39,431 nucleotides of DNA from Sulfurospirillum sp. GTDB lineage: Bacteria > Campylobacterota > Campylobacteria > Campylobacterales > Sulfurospirillaceae. The position numbers and the translations under genes are program-made. The stretch spans positions 1 to 39,431 of the forward strand of contig JASFYR010000041.1 of the NCBI GenBank assembly GCA_045047115.1, in the 5' to 3' direction. The notes under the pieces were generated by a model. The model saw only the letters and a program-made list of their open reading frames with translations, did no database searches and was not told the origin of the DNA. Positions 1 to 8,947 of the stretch are shown here, one piece after another (within the stretch, counting starts at the first letter, position 1; each line of letters opens with the position of its first letter).

Positions 1-322
1 CAAGCTCTTTTTTAAGAAGTGCAATAGATTCACTTTGCTCCTCTTCTAGTTCTTTTTTTAATTGTTCTTGTAGTTTTTGTTTTTCAACTTTTAGCTGTAT
101 GGATGTAGCTTTTTTCAGCTCTTCATCAAACTTCTCTTTTCGAATTTTAAGAGCTTCTTGCTGTTTTTGTAATTCTTGTTCTTTTTTTAGTGCTTCATCT
201 TTTAACTTTTTTTGCTCTTGCAGGTTTTTCTGTTTTAGTTCACTCTCAAGCTGATGATAAAGTATCTCATTTACATCTATCTCTGTACCGCAATTTGGGC
301 ATTTTATGGTTGTTTTTGACAT
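1..322 (-). CDS. DUF2130-like coiled-coil protein, 5' part (runs off the window)
   Basis: ATG at 322-320, just downstream of the ATPase stop. Reads MSKTTIKCPNCGTEIDVNEILYHQLESELKQK followed by a K/E/Q-rich coiled coil. An N-terminal CPxC plus coiled coil is typical of DUF2130. Not in the ORF track because it is truncated. Confidence 0.7.
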   Translation of the reverse strand, partial: MSKTTIKCPNCGTEIDVNEILYHQLESELKQKNLQEQKKLKDEALKKEQELQKQQEALKIRKEKFDEELKKATSIQLKVEKQKLQEQLKKELEEEQSESIALLKKEL

Positions 323-333
323 AGTGGAACCCT

Positions 334-2499
334 TTATCCTAAGCTTTTAATTTCTATATATAATGCTTTTAAATGATTATCAGACATATCAAGTAAGGGC
401 TCATACATAAAAGAGTTGAGATGAATATTTTCGGCAGTCATTAAATTCACTTTATCTAATGATTCAATGGTTGTTACTTCTTCAGAAAATTCTTGCTTAT
501 ATATTTTGAAAAGTTTGAAGGTTTGGCTCCCTGTAATTGCATTAATAGTCGTGGAATTATTTATTTTATCTATCATAAACTCTTCTGCTTTTAGTCTGAT
601 AGCAATTGACAACACAATCTTCTTCTCAAGATCAACTTCATTATTAGTAGTTTCCGAAGAAATTGAGTCAGCACAATTATAAAGTGTATCAATCACTTTA
701 TTTGTATTATTATCAAGTGAAATTGAAGGTATTGTATTTTGAAAAATAGTTGCCAAATCACTATGGGTTAGCACTTTTGTATTTTGCTTAATATGCAAAA
801 GTTCAGTTAATGTATCATAATCAGAATTATTTGACTTACCTCTCGTATATTCAGTGAGGTTCCTAACAAATGGAATTAAGGCTATTAAAAAATTATTATT
901 TGAATTGATATTATGAATCCAATTTTCAAAAGGATTGTTTTGATATTTCTCTTGTATTAACTGAACTTCAGTATCCGATTTTATAGTGTAAAGTCTATGC
1001 TCTCTTTTGATTATAAGCCTTTTACCAATAGTCCTAAAAAAATCAAAATTATGTGTTAATATGATTTGATAAAAACTATTTTCATATGAGATGTCTTTTA
1101 AGTACTCAATAATTGCATATTTATTTTTATAATCGAACGAATCAGCAATATCATCAATAATAAAAACGGTCTCTTGATTTGTTTTTTTTCTTACCTGTAT
1201 TTCAAAAATAATATTTAAAAGATATAACGCTCTTCTTTCACCTTGACTGAGAACTTGGAGTAAATCTTCTTTACTAACTTCTTTTTCATCAAGTAAATCT
1301 TTAAAAGTAAATCTAATAAAAGGAGTACTTGTTTTTAAAATGACATCATCTTGATTAGCAATTTCTAATTTAAATGGCATACCTATAAAACGTTGATTAA
1401 ATTCTTCTGTAGCTAGTTCCCATTCTGTTTTAGTATTATTTGCTTCTTTAATAATCTCTTCAAGTTCTTCTTTTTTTGATGTAAATAACTCTACTAAAGG
1501 TTGAGCATCAGTTACTAAAGTCTGAAGATAAGAAATCCAAACTTTCTTTTTAAATTCATCATAATTTTTAAGTTCTACAAGAAGTAAATTATTTTTCTCA
1601 ATTGCTGATTTAAATGCTCTTAACTCTGCATTTGAACCAATTGCTTTATCAATTTTTTCAAATAGCTTTTTTAAATCATCATTACTAATAATCTTTGCTA
1701 TTTCATCTTTAACAAATGTATCTAACTCTGTAGTAGAGCTTATTTTTGTTTTATCACTCAATTCTAAGAAATGTCCTGCATCAAAAAAAGAGTTATCCTT
1801 GACTGACTTCAGTAACTCGTTAACTTGTTGCGTACCAAAGGTGTTATCAGACTTTTTAAAAAAATTAGATTGAGATAATAGATTTTCATACTGGTTTATG
1901 TAATCATCTAATGTATCTATGTTTTTATCAAGGAATTTTTTTACATTACCTTTTCTATCGAATATATCATTATATTTAAAAGTATATTTATCTGTAGGAG
2001 GGGCACTAAATTCAGGAGATATTTTTAATAAGATATCTAAAAAAGTATCTTTTGGGCTACTTTTAAATGTTTCTATTATCTCCGTTTCACAATCAGTACT
2101 TTTGGATATCTGTTTTAATTTTTTAATAAATTCATTTTGAGCTTTATCTAAATTAGTATAAATTAAATCATATTTATCTTTGAGCTCTTTTTTAACAACT
2201 AAGGTAGATATCTTGTCTGAACTATAACCCTTATTGTAAGGTTCAATTACAAAAAACTGTTCTGGTACACAATCCAAGCTATTCTCATTCTGAATACTCC
2301 TGAGAGTGTTTCTTTCTGGAAAAATTAAATCTTTAGTATCTTTATTTTCACTCAAATCATTAATTGTTTTAGAAAATGATGTTTTCATTATTCCATTAGG
2401 TGCATATATAGAATAAATATTTTGAGATGAAAAATCAAATGTATATATTAACTTTTTAATACCATAACAATTTTCAAAATGTATTTTTAAGTTTTCCAT
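334..2499 (-). CDS. ABC-type ATPase of the AAA_13 / PrrC-RloC-like class, putative defence effector
   Basis: Variant Walker A IYAPNGIMKTS, long helical insert, signature LSQGERRA, Walker B/D-loop FIIDDIADSFD, H-loop ILTHN and a helical C-terminal domain. Start lies 2 nt after the mod stop. Confidence 0.7.
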   Translation of the reverse strand: MENLKIHFENCYGIKKLIYTFDFSSQNIYSIYAPNGIMKTSFSKTINDLSENKDTKDLIFPERNTLRSIQNENSLDCVPEQFFVIEPYNKGYSSDKISTLVVKKELKDKYDLIYTNLDKAQNEFIKKLKQISKSTDCETEIIETFKSSPKDTFLDILLKISPEFSAPPTDKYTFKYNDIFDRKGNVKKFLDKNIDTLDDYINQYENLLSQSNFFKKSDNTFGTQQVNELLKSVKDNSFFDAGHFLELSDKTKISSTTELDTFVKDEIAKIISNDDLKKLFEKIDKAIGSNAELRAFKSAIEKNNLLLVELKNYDEFKKKVWISYLQTLVTDAQPLVELFTSKKEELEEIIKEANNTKTEWELATEEFNQRFIGMPFKLEIANQDDVILKTSTPFIRFTFKDLLDEKEVSKEDLLQVLSQGERRALYLLNIIFEIQVRKKTNQETVFIIDDIADSFDYKNKYAIIEYLKDISYENSFYQIILTHNFDFFRTIGKRLIIKREHRLYTIKSDTEVQLIQEKYQNNPFENWIHNINSNNNFLIALIPFVRNLTEYTRGKSNNSDYDTLTELLHIKQNTKVLTHSDLATIFQNTIPSISLDNNTNKVIDTLYNCADSISSETTNNEVDLEKKIVLSIAIRLKAEEFMIDKINNSTTINAITGSQTFKLFKIYKQEFSEEVTTIESLDKVNLMTAENIHLNSFMYEPLLDMSDNHLKALYIEIKSLG

Positions 2500-2501
2500 C
2501 T

Positions 2502-4373
2502 TTATACACTCACAACTTCATCAATATCATGCTGTTTTAGTATCTGAATGGCGTTTGTTTTTACAACTGCATCTTTGAAGCTACTATCTTTAAAAACTAC
2601 TCTCATTACTTCTGTTTCGTATTCTTCTTTTAGTTTTGCAATGGCTTCGACTGTATCTGTCGTGATATTCTCGTCAAGACAAACCACTAATGCTCCAAAA
2701 CCTATGACAAATACTTTCTTGTCGTCAATAATTATCTCTTCGATAGGGAGTGTTAAATCAAGTCCGTATTTTAGGAGGATTTCATAAAGTAAATCTTCAC
2801 TTGTTCTATCACGTTTTATATTTTCAGTAGCATCAATGAGGTTTTGTTCCAAGTTGTCAAAATCACTATCCCACTCTTTTATGTTGGAGCTGTCAAGTTT
2901 GAAGACTTTAAAGCCAATATCTAAGTTTGCGAGGTCTTTGTCTGGATTATCGGCTATTATTTTCTCTCCAGCTCTTTGTATTCTCTCTTTTCCTATCTCA
3001 CAGATGTTTTTGTATCCAGCTTTGTAGGCTTCACTTTTTTCATCTGTTTCTTCAGGGAGTTGAACACAGATATATTTTCTATTTCCACCATCTTCACTAT
3101 TTAGTTGCATCACTGCATGGGCTGTTGTCGCTGAGCCTGAGAAAAAGTCTAGGATAAGGTCATTATCTGATGTAACTTGTTTAATTAATAATTTAATAAT
3201 TGATGGTGGTTTAGGATAATCAAATATTTTTTTATCATCAAAAATATTATTTACTAATTTTGTTCCTTCTGTATTGTAACCGATATCAAAAGCTTGTTTA
3301 TCAAGCCAAGTTGAAATTGGCTTGAATTCACTTTTTAATTCAGTCCAAAATTTCTTTAAATAAGGTTTTGTTTTCCCCTCTGGATGAAATAAAATCTTTC
3401 CTTCATCAAGTAATTTTTGCATACTACTTGGAGCAAATGCCCAAACTCTATTGGGATTTGCTGGATAAATATTTCCCGTTAAAGGATCAATTAAATCATA
3501 AAAACAATTTGGTCTTTCATCTTTAGTTGAACCAACATCTAAAGGATGTTTCGCCCAATCACCCCTTGGATCATTATCAGGATTAGTATAACTTTTTTTA
3601 TCTCTATCTACACCTAAAAATTTTGAAATTTTATTTTTTTGATAACACAATATGAATTCATGTTCATTTGAAGTATTATTTTCAGCAACTTGTTTTCCAC
3701 TTGCTTGTCTTGTTTTCCAAACAAAATCTGCAACAAAATTATCCTCCCCAAAAATCTCATCACAAACTTTCCTAAGATTAGCCACTTCATTATCATCAAT
3801 AGAGATAAAAATAACCCCATCATCTTTAAGCAAATTTCTAGCTAACTTTAATCTAGGGTACATCATAGAGAGCCAATCACTATGGTATCTTCCGTTTGTA
3901 TCGGCATTGACACTTAGCTTGTTCCCCTCACTATCTACTTGGTTCGTTACTTCAAGATAGTTTTTTATATTGTCTTTAAAGTTATCTTTATATACAAAAT
4001 CTTTCCCCGTGTTGTAAGGAGGGTCTATGTATATCATCTTCACTTTTTTATGGTAGGACTTTTGTAGAAGTTTAAGGACTTCTAAGTTATCTCCCTCTAT
4101 GTAGAGGTTTTGTGTAGTGTCCCAGTTTTTAGACTCCTCTTGTGCGGGTCTAAGTGTTCCCGTAGAAGGAGTTTGTGCTATCTTTTTGGCTTCTTGTTTA
4201 CCGTTCCAAGTGAAGTTATATCGCTCTTGCTCTTTATCTATAAACTTTCCAAGCTCGTTTTGTAGCTTTTCAAAGTCTATTTTTCCCTCTTCAAAAACTT
4301 CAGGGAACAGCTCTTTTAATTTTTCTACATTCTCACTCACTATATCTAAACTTTCGCCATCTAATTTTCTCAT
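2502..4373 (-). CDS. mod: Type III restriction-modification methyltransferase (Mod)
   Basis: NLYIEGDNLEVLKLL, catalytic IYIDPPYNTG, SDWLSMMYPRL, SAM-binding DFFSGSATT and RKYICVQLPE; beta-class motif order with a central target-recognition domain. Confidence 0.93.
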   Translation of the reverse strand: MRKLDGESLDIVSENVEKLKELFPEVFEEGKIDFEKLQNELGKFIDKEQERYNFTWNGKQEAKKIAQTPSTGTLRPAQEESKNWDTTQNLYIEGDNLEVLKLLQKSYHKKVKMIYIDPPYNTGKDFVYKDNFKDNIKNYLEVTNQVDSEGNKLSVNADTNGRYHSDWLSMMYPRLKLARNLLKDDGVIFISIDDNEVANLRKVCDEIFGEDNFVADFVWKTRQASGKQVAENNTSNEHEFILCYQKNKISKFLGVDRDKKSYTNPDNDPRGDWAKHPLDVGSTKDERPNCFYDLIDPLTGNIYPANPNRVWAFAPSSMQKLLDEGKILFHPEGKTKPYLKKFWTELKSEFKPISTWLDKQAFDIGYNTEGTKLVNNIFDDKKIFDYPKPPSIIKLLIKQVTSDNDLILDFFSGSATTAHAVMQLNSEDGGNRKYICVQLPEETDEKSEAYKAGYKNICEIGKERIQRAGEKIIADNPDKDLANLDIGFKVFKLDSSNIKEWDSDFDNLEQNLIDATENIKRDRTSEDLLYEILLKYGLDLTLPIEEIIIDDKKVFVIGFGALVVCLDENITTDTVEAIAKLKEEYETEVMRVVFKDSSFKDAVVKTNAIQILKQHDIDEVVSV

Positions 4374-4386
4374 ATATTTTCACCTC

Positions 4387-4415
4387 TTGAAATTTTACTC
4401 TTTTTAGTGTATAAT
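4387..4415 (+). promoter_or_regulatory. Sigma70-type promoter pointing antisense into the toxin gene
   Basis: TTGAAA (4387-4392), 17-bp spacer, TATAAT (4410-4415). No plausible plus-strand protein gene downstream. Confidence 0.65.
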
Positions 4416-4420
4416 ACTCC

Positions 4421-4466
4421 CACAATTGTCCTTCGGGATGCCCCTTGTCTGACGAGGGGAGAACAT
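4421..4466 (+). ncRNA. Candidate small structured RNA downstream of the toxin (opposite strand)
   Basis: TGTCC-TTCG-GGATG hairpin with a cUUCGg tetraloop (4427-4440), directly followed by CCCCTTGT-CTG-ACGAGGGG (4441-4459). The G-U pairs only form on the plus strand. Confidence 0.45.
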
Positions 4467-4853
4467 CTACACATTTATCAACTCTCTAAACTTTCTCTTT
4501 AATAGTTCAAAATCATCTTTAGATATCATACCTATTTTGTTTTCTAGTCTTTTAGAATCATAAATCCTACTTTGTACCAAAAGTGCATTGCTTGCTTTTC
4601 CATTAAGCTCAAAATTAAAGAAAAAACTACCTTCTTTAATTTTAGTTGATAGAGGAACACCTAAAAACATATTTTTTGAATATTTTTTTAAAATCAATAC
4701 TGGTCTTGAAAATATATCACCTTTTCCATCTTGTTCAAATCCAACATTTACACCAATACTTGCCCAAAAAATATCCCTCTCCTTAAAATATACAACATTT
4801 TTTTCGTGTGATATACTTTTTTTAACTTCATTCCATTCATCAAATTTTTTCAT
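4467..4853 (-). CDS. PemK/MazF-family endoribonuclease toxin, no protein antitoxin adjacent
   Basis: RDIFWASIGVNVGFEQDGK...RPVLILKK...FLGVPLST...LLVQSRIYDSKRL, matching the PemK/MazF motif pattern; AGGTG RBS. Confidence 0.85.
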   Translation of the reverse strand: MKKFDEWNEVKKSISHEKNVVYFKERDIFWASIGVNVGFEQDGKGDIFSRPVLILKKYSKNMFLGVPLSTKIKEGSFFFNFELNGKASNALLVQSRIYDSKRLENKIGMISKDDFELLKRKFRELINV

Positions 4854-4868
4854 TTAAGTACACCTGTA

Positions 4869-4880
4869 GTATAATTATAC
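4869..4880. promoter_or_regulatory. Palindromic bidirectional -10 element
   Basis: GTATAATTATAC gives TATAAT on + (4870-4875) and on - (4879-4874). The minus copy lies just upstream of the toxin RBS. Confidence 0.55.
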
Positions 4881-4881
4881 A

Positions 4882-4950
4882 ACTCCTCAAAGGGTGCCGA
4901 ATCGTTCAAGATATTTGGCTGTGCTAGCCTAGAGCTAGAACTCTTTGAGA
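4882..4950 (+). ncRNA. Candidate three-way-junction small RNA divergent from the toxin
   Basis: Closing stem CTCAAAGGGT/ACTCTTTGAG (4886-4895/4940-4949), inner stem GCCGAAT/ATTTGGC (4896-4902/4913-4919) and hairpin CTAGC-CTAGA-GCTAG (4924-4938). The G-U pairs favour the plus strand. Confidence 0.5.
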
Positions 4951-4956
4951 TTATCA

Positions 4957-5688
4957 TTATAGCTTTTCCTTTAAATCATTCACTCTGTTCTTCATTTTTG
5001 TCAGTTCTATATTCATATTGACCTTGTCGTTAAAATTTGTCTCTTTTTTTATCTTAGACTTTAACTCTGATATTTGCATTTCACAAAGTGCTATTTGCTC
5101 AAGTATCTCTTTTGTAGTTTCATTGACGCTTAGACTTCCGCTATACTCTGAGGCATTAAATGCTATTATTTTATCTAAATAGCTGTTGTAAAATGATAAA
5201 AAATCAGTAAACGGGTGGTTTTGAATCTCCAAACTTTTTATAAAATCAAGTTCTATATTGTTACTTGTTTCAAAGTCTATCCACTTCGTAAAATATGAAT
5301 CTTCTACTACTAACTTTGTGCTGTCATTTTTGTTGATTCGTTTAGGACTTATGTTTATAAGGAATTCGTTTTTATATGCAAAAAACACTATTAAAGGATA
5401 TGGAATATATTGAATTATTGTGGCTATTGCTTTTACCTTGTCTTTGTTGAGAATTTCTACTTTTATAAAAGCTATCTCTGAGTAGTCGCTTTCTTCATCC
5501 AAAAATGGTGTTATGTTGATATTGTCTTTGTTTAGTAAGTATTCCAATGTAATACTTTCTACATCACTGCTTAGTGTTTTTTTCTCATTTGATTTTAAAG
5601 AAAAGTTTTCTATAAATTGCTTTTTGGTTAGTCTCTTTCCTATCTTGCAAGAGGATGGTATGTTTAAATTTTGAAGTACATCTTGCAT
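4957..5688 (-). CDS. DUF4391-family protein
   Basis: IQYIPYPLIV, KRIN and C-terminal KKETNFNDKVNMNIEL. Position between an SNF2 helicase and a type III mod is typical of DUF4391. Confidence 0.8.
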   Translation of the reverse strand: MQDVLQNLNIPSSCKIGKRLTKKQFIENFSLKSNEKKTLSSDVESITLEYLLNKDNINITPFLDEESDYSEIAFIKVEILNKDKVKAIATIIQYIPYPLIVFFAYKNEFLINISPKRINKNDSTKLVVEDSYFTKWIDFETSNNIELDFIKSLEIQNHPFTDFLSFYNSYLDKIIAFNASEYSGSLSVNETTKEILEQIALCEMQISELKSKIKKETNFNDKVNMNIELTKMKNRVNDLKEKL

Positions 5689-8600
5689 TATTTTATCACC
5701 AAGTAAGATATAAGCTCAAAATCTTCTAAACCACTAAAAGAATCACTTGCTATGGTTGTACCACCACGAGAAAAAAGTGAGTCCATTCCACTTTCTTCTT
5801 TTTTACCTATGATACTCTCTACTGCTTCTTTTAACTGTGTTGTGTATTTGCTCATATTATTATAATTATCTGTCTCATTTTCAAACAATTTAACTGCTTC
5901 GTTTATGACCTCTTCATGAGGCATACATAAATTTTTGTAGATATCGAGTATTGTTTTTGCACTGGTAAAGCCCAGCTTGATTTCATTTTCTTCATTGACA
6001 TACACTAAGTAGTAAGGTTCTAAGGAATAGTTATCAGTACGGACTTCATTTTTCAAAAGCTTCAAACAAAATATAGTTCCTTTTTCTATGGCACTATTTG
6101 AGCTGTTGCGATTTAAAACTACACTATGGATTCCAAGAGGACTTTTTTGAAGTTTAGCTTCATCAGTTTTAAGATAACCCATTAAATCCATTTTAAAGTC
6201 ATTTAAAGTAAGGTCTGTGATAGATATACCACCACTTACATCTTCAAGGTCTATAACTGTCTCTTGTAGCTCTTTTAACTGCTTTGCACGGTATGACAAG
6301 TCATTCATATCGCTTGTGGTTTGTGTGTCTATGATGTTTTCTTCTCCAGTTGCAGAGACATCAAGTAATACCATTCGACCACTTACACGACTTTCTAAGT
6401 TGATATATTCGTCAAGTTCCATATTCGCCCAAAAATTTACAAGCTGTATCGTTTCATTTGTTGAACCAAGTCTATCAATACGACCAAATCTTTGAATAAT
6501 TCTTACGGGATTCCAGTGAATATCATAGTTAATGAGATAATCACAATCTTGTAAGTTTTGTCCCTCGCTAATACAGTCAGTTGCTATTAAAATATCTATC
6601 TCTTTTGAAGCTTGTGGGTCTGTCTTATCTCTACTTTTTGAGATAGGAGAAAAGTTTGTAAGTAATGAGTTTAAATCTTTTTGTTTTGTAGCAAGTGTCG
6701 TTTTGTTTGTTCCACTTCCAGTTATGAGGCAACTCTCAACTCCAAACTCATTTTTTGCCCACTGATGTATGTTTTGATACAGATACTCCGCTGTATCTGA
6801 AAAAGCTGTAAAGATAATTACCTTTTTGTTGTTTGTATTAAAAGGGTTTTCTATTTTTTGTTTGATATTTTCTTTGAGGATTTTGAGCTTATTGTCTCTT
6901 TTGTTGTCAACTTCAATAGAGTTGGCTAACAACTCTTCAAGCTTGTCTAAATCACTTTGTAAATCTTGTTTCCATTTGATTTTATCTACATCAGAGATTA
7001 AGACTTTAACTTTATTTCCTATAAGTTGTGAAGCATATTCATCACTATCTATATCCACATCTACTATGCTTGCTTCCTCATAGCTACTCTCACTATGATT
7101 ATCTATCAAGTCTATAATTTTTTGATTTGTATCTATCAGTTTTATTAGCGTCAATGAAAAAGAGTTTATGGAACTTTCCATCCGCTTGAGTAAATTTACT
7201 CGCATTAGATGGATAAGTGAATTTTCTCTATCAGATTGCCTAAAAACTCGTCCTCCACCTAAATCAATATCATACTTTTGTGCATACTCTTCTTGCTTGT
7301 GTGGATAGACATATTTTAAAGGAGAATAGGCAGACAAAGAGAGTCTTCGTATTGTTTTGTTTATCTCACTAAGTGGAGGAAATGAGTTTAAAGTATCTAT
7401 ATCAGGTTTTAAAGTTATAGGCTTGTTTCTTTGTGGAAACTTACCAATATCAGTAGTATCATAATACTTCTCAATATGCTTTCTACTTCTTGCTATTGTG
7501 ATTAAATCAAGTAGTTTAAAATAGTCAAAATTTAGACTATCTAAAAACTTTGCAGTAGTTCGCTCTTTTTCACTTAGCTTCATCCAAGCATTGAATTTTG
7601 TTTGGGATTTTCTAAGTGTTTGCTCAATAGATTTGATACCTAAATCACTAAAAGCTTCATCGTTTGCTTCTGTGATAAATGCAACTTGATTTTTAAGGTC
7701 ATTGAGTTTATTATTTACGGGCGTTGCTGAGAGCATAAGCACCTTTGTTTTAACACCTTTTTGTAAAACATCTTCTAAAAGCCGTGCATATCTCGACTTC
7801 GTTTTTTTCTTTTTGTTTGTCGTGCCACTGTTTCTAAAGTTGTGTGATTCATCTATAACTATTAGGTCATAGTTCTCCCAGTTGAGGGTAGAGAGGTTTA
7901 TCTCTCCACTCATTCCTTTTGTGCGTGTTAAATCTGTGTGGTTTAAAACATCATAGTTACATCTATCGTCAGCTAATATATTTCTTTTGTCATTTATTGT
8001 GTAGATAGACCAATTTTCTCTGAGTTTTTTTGGAGCTAAAACCAAAACCCTATCGTTTCTAAGTTCATAATACTTAATAACGGCAAGAGCCTCAAAAGTC
8101 TTACCAAGACCAACACTATCGGCAATGATACAGCCATTGTATTTTTCAAGTTTATCTATTGCACCAAGCACACCATCTCTTTGAAAATTGTAGAGCTTAT
8201 TCCATACTATGGTATCTTTAAATCCTGTTTTTGTCCGTATAATTTTTTCTTCGTCAAGTTCACTAATGAACTCTTTAAAAATGTTGTAAAGTGTCATAAA
8301 GTATAAAAAATGTGGTGATTTATCGATATAAATCTCTTCTATCGCTTCAAGTATCTCTTTTTGAACATCTGCAACCATAGTTTTATTGTTCCAAATCTCA
8401 TCGAAAGTAACCAAAAATTCTTTTGTTGTTTTAGCATCTTTTGTCAGAGTATTCATAGCAAATGTGGAAGAGTTTGTGTATCCAAGACCAACTGAGGAAA
8501 AATTAGAGCTCCCTTGAATAGCTGTGTTGTTATCAATATGATATAGATTAAATGGAATTGTCCCAGTAGTTGCTACTTCTTTTGTTTGAACCTTCTCTTT

Positions 8601-8882
8601 TATCCAAGTTGCACACTCACGAGCTATTTTAACTTGATGTAATTTATTTTTAAATTTTATCTCTTCAGGTTCGCCAGATAAGTAGTTGTTAATATGACCA
8701 TTTTTAAAAATGGGTGCACTAAAAAGGAGTCTTAACTCTTTTATGCGAGTCAGTTCTTTTTTTAACTCAGCAAAGGCGTAGATGGTAAAATAGCCCGAAA
8801 TAATTGAGAGTTTTGAATTGTTGGTGATGTTTTGTTTTAAAACATCACCAACTTTGCCATTTTTTTTATTATCTATGAGCAT
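5688..8882 (-). CDS. SNF2-family helicase with N-terminal PLD-like domain
   Basis: ADSVGLGKT (motif I), DESH (II), SAT (III), SEGQNLQ (V), QRFGRIDR (VI); N-terminal SGYFT and GSSNFS PLD-like elements. Confidence 0.9.
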   Translation of the reverse strand: MLIDNKKNGKVGDVLKQNITNNSKLSIISGYFTIYAFAELKKELTRIKELRLLFSAPIFKNGHINNYLSGEPEEIKFKNKLHQVKIARECATWIKEKVQTKEVATTGTIPFNLYHIDNNTAIQGSSNFSSVGLGYTNSSTFAMNTLTKDAKTTKEFLVTFDEIWNNKTMVADVQKEILEAIEEIYIDKSPHFLYFMTLYNIFKEFISELDEEKIIRTKTGFKDTIVWNKLYNFQRDGVLGAIDKLEKYNGCIIADSVGLGKTFEALAVIKYYELRNDRVLVLAPKKLRENWSIYTINDKRNILADDRCNYDVLNHTDLTRTKGMSGEINLSTLNWENYDLIVIDESHNFRNSGTTNKKKKTKSRYARLLEDVLQKGVKTKVLMLSATPVNNKLNDLKNQVAFITEANDEAFSDLGIKSIEQTLRKSQTKFNAWMKLSEKERTTAKFLDSLNFDYFKLLDLITIARSRKHIEKYYDTTDIGKFPQRNKPITLKPDIDTLNSFPPLSEINKTIRRLSLSAYSPLKYVYPHKQEEYAQKYDIDLGGGRVFRQSDRENSLIHLMRVNLLKRMESSINSFSLTLIKLIDTNQKIIDLIDNHSESSYEEASIVDVDIDSDEYASQLIGNKVKVLISDVDKIKWKQDLQSDLDKLEELLANSIEVDNKRDNKLKILKENIKQKIENPFNTNNKKVIIFTAFSDTAEYLYQNIHQWAKNEFGVESCLITGSGTNKTTLATKQKDLNSLLTNFSPISKSRDKTDPQASKEIDILIATDCISEGQNLQDCDYLINYDIHWNPVRIIQRFGRIDRLGSTNETIQLVNFWANMELDEYINLESRVSGRMVLLDVSATGEENIIDTQTTSDMNDLSYRAKQLKELQETVIDLEDVSGGISITDLTLNDFKMDLMGYLKTDEAKLQKSPLGIHSVVLNRNSSNSAIEKGTIFCLKLLKNEVRTDNYSLEPYYLVYVNEENEIKLGFTSAKTILDIYKNLCMPHEEVINEAVKLFENETDNYNNMSKYTTQLKEAVESIIGKKEESGMDSLFSRGGTTIASDSFSGLEDFELISYLVIK

Positions 8883-8947
8883 ATTGAATTTGTACCTGAA
8901 GTTTGATTGTATAGTATTTTATCAAAATAGACTGAAATTGATTTAAA

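Noticed and set aside
2502..4373. Phase-variable mod
   Set aside because: No simple-sequence repeat or long G/C tract was seen in the gene.
4588..4857. 89-aa plus-strand ORF as a protein antitoxin
   Set aside because: It is the antisense shadow of the toxin, with no RBS or antitoxin-like features.
4882..4950. tRNA gene
   Set aside because: Only two inner arms, no anticodon arm in the proper place and no CCA end.
4374..4956. Classical type III TA (ToxIN) or CRISPR array
   Set aside because: No tandem repeats or repeat-spacer pattern in either flank.
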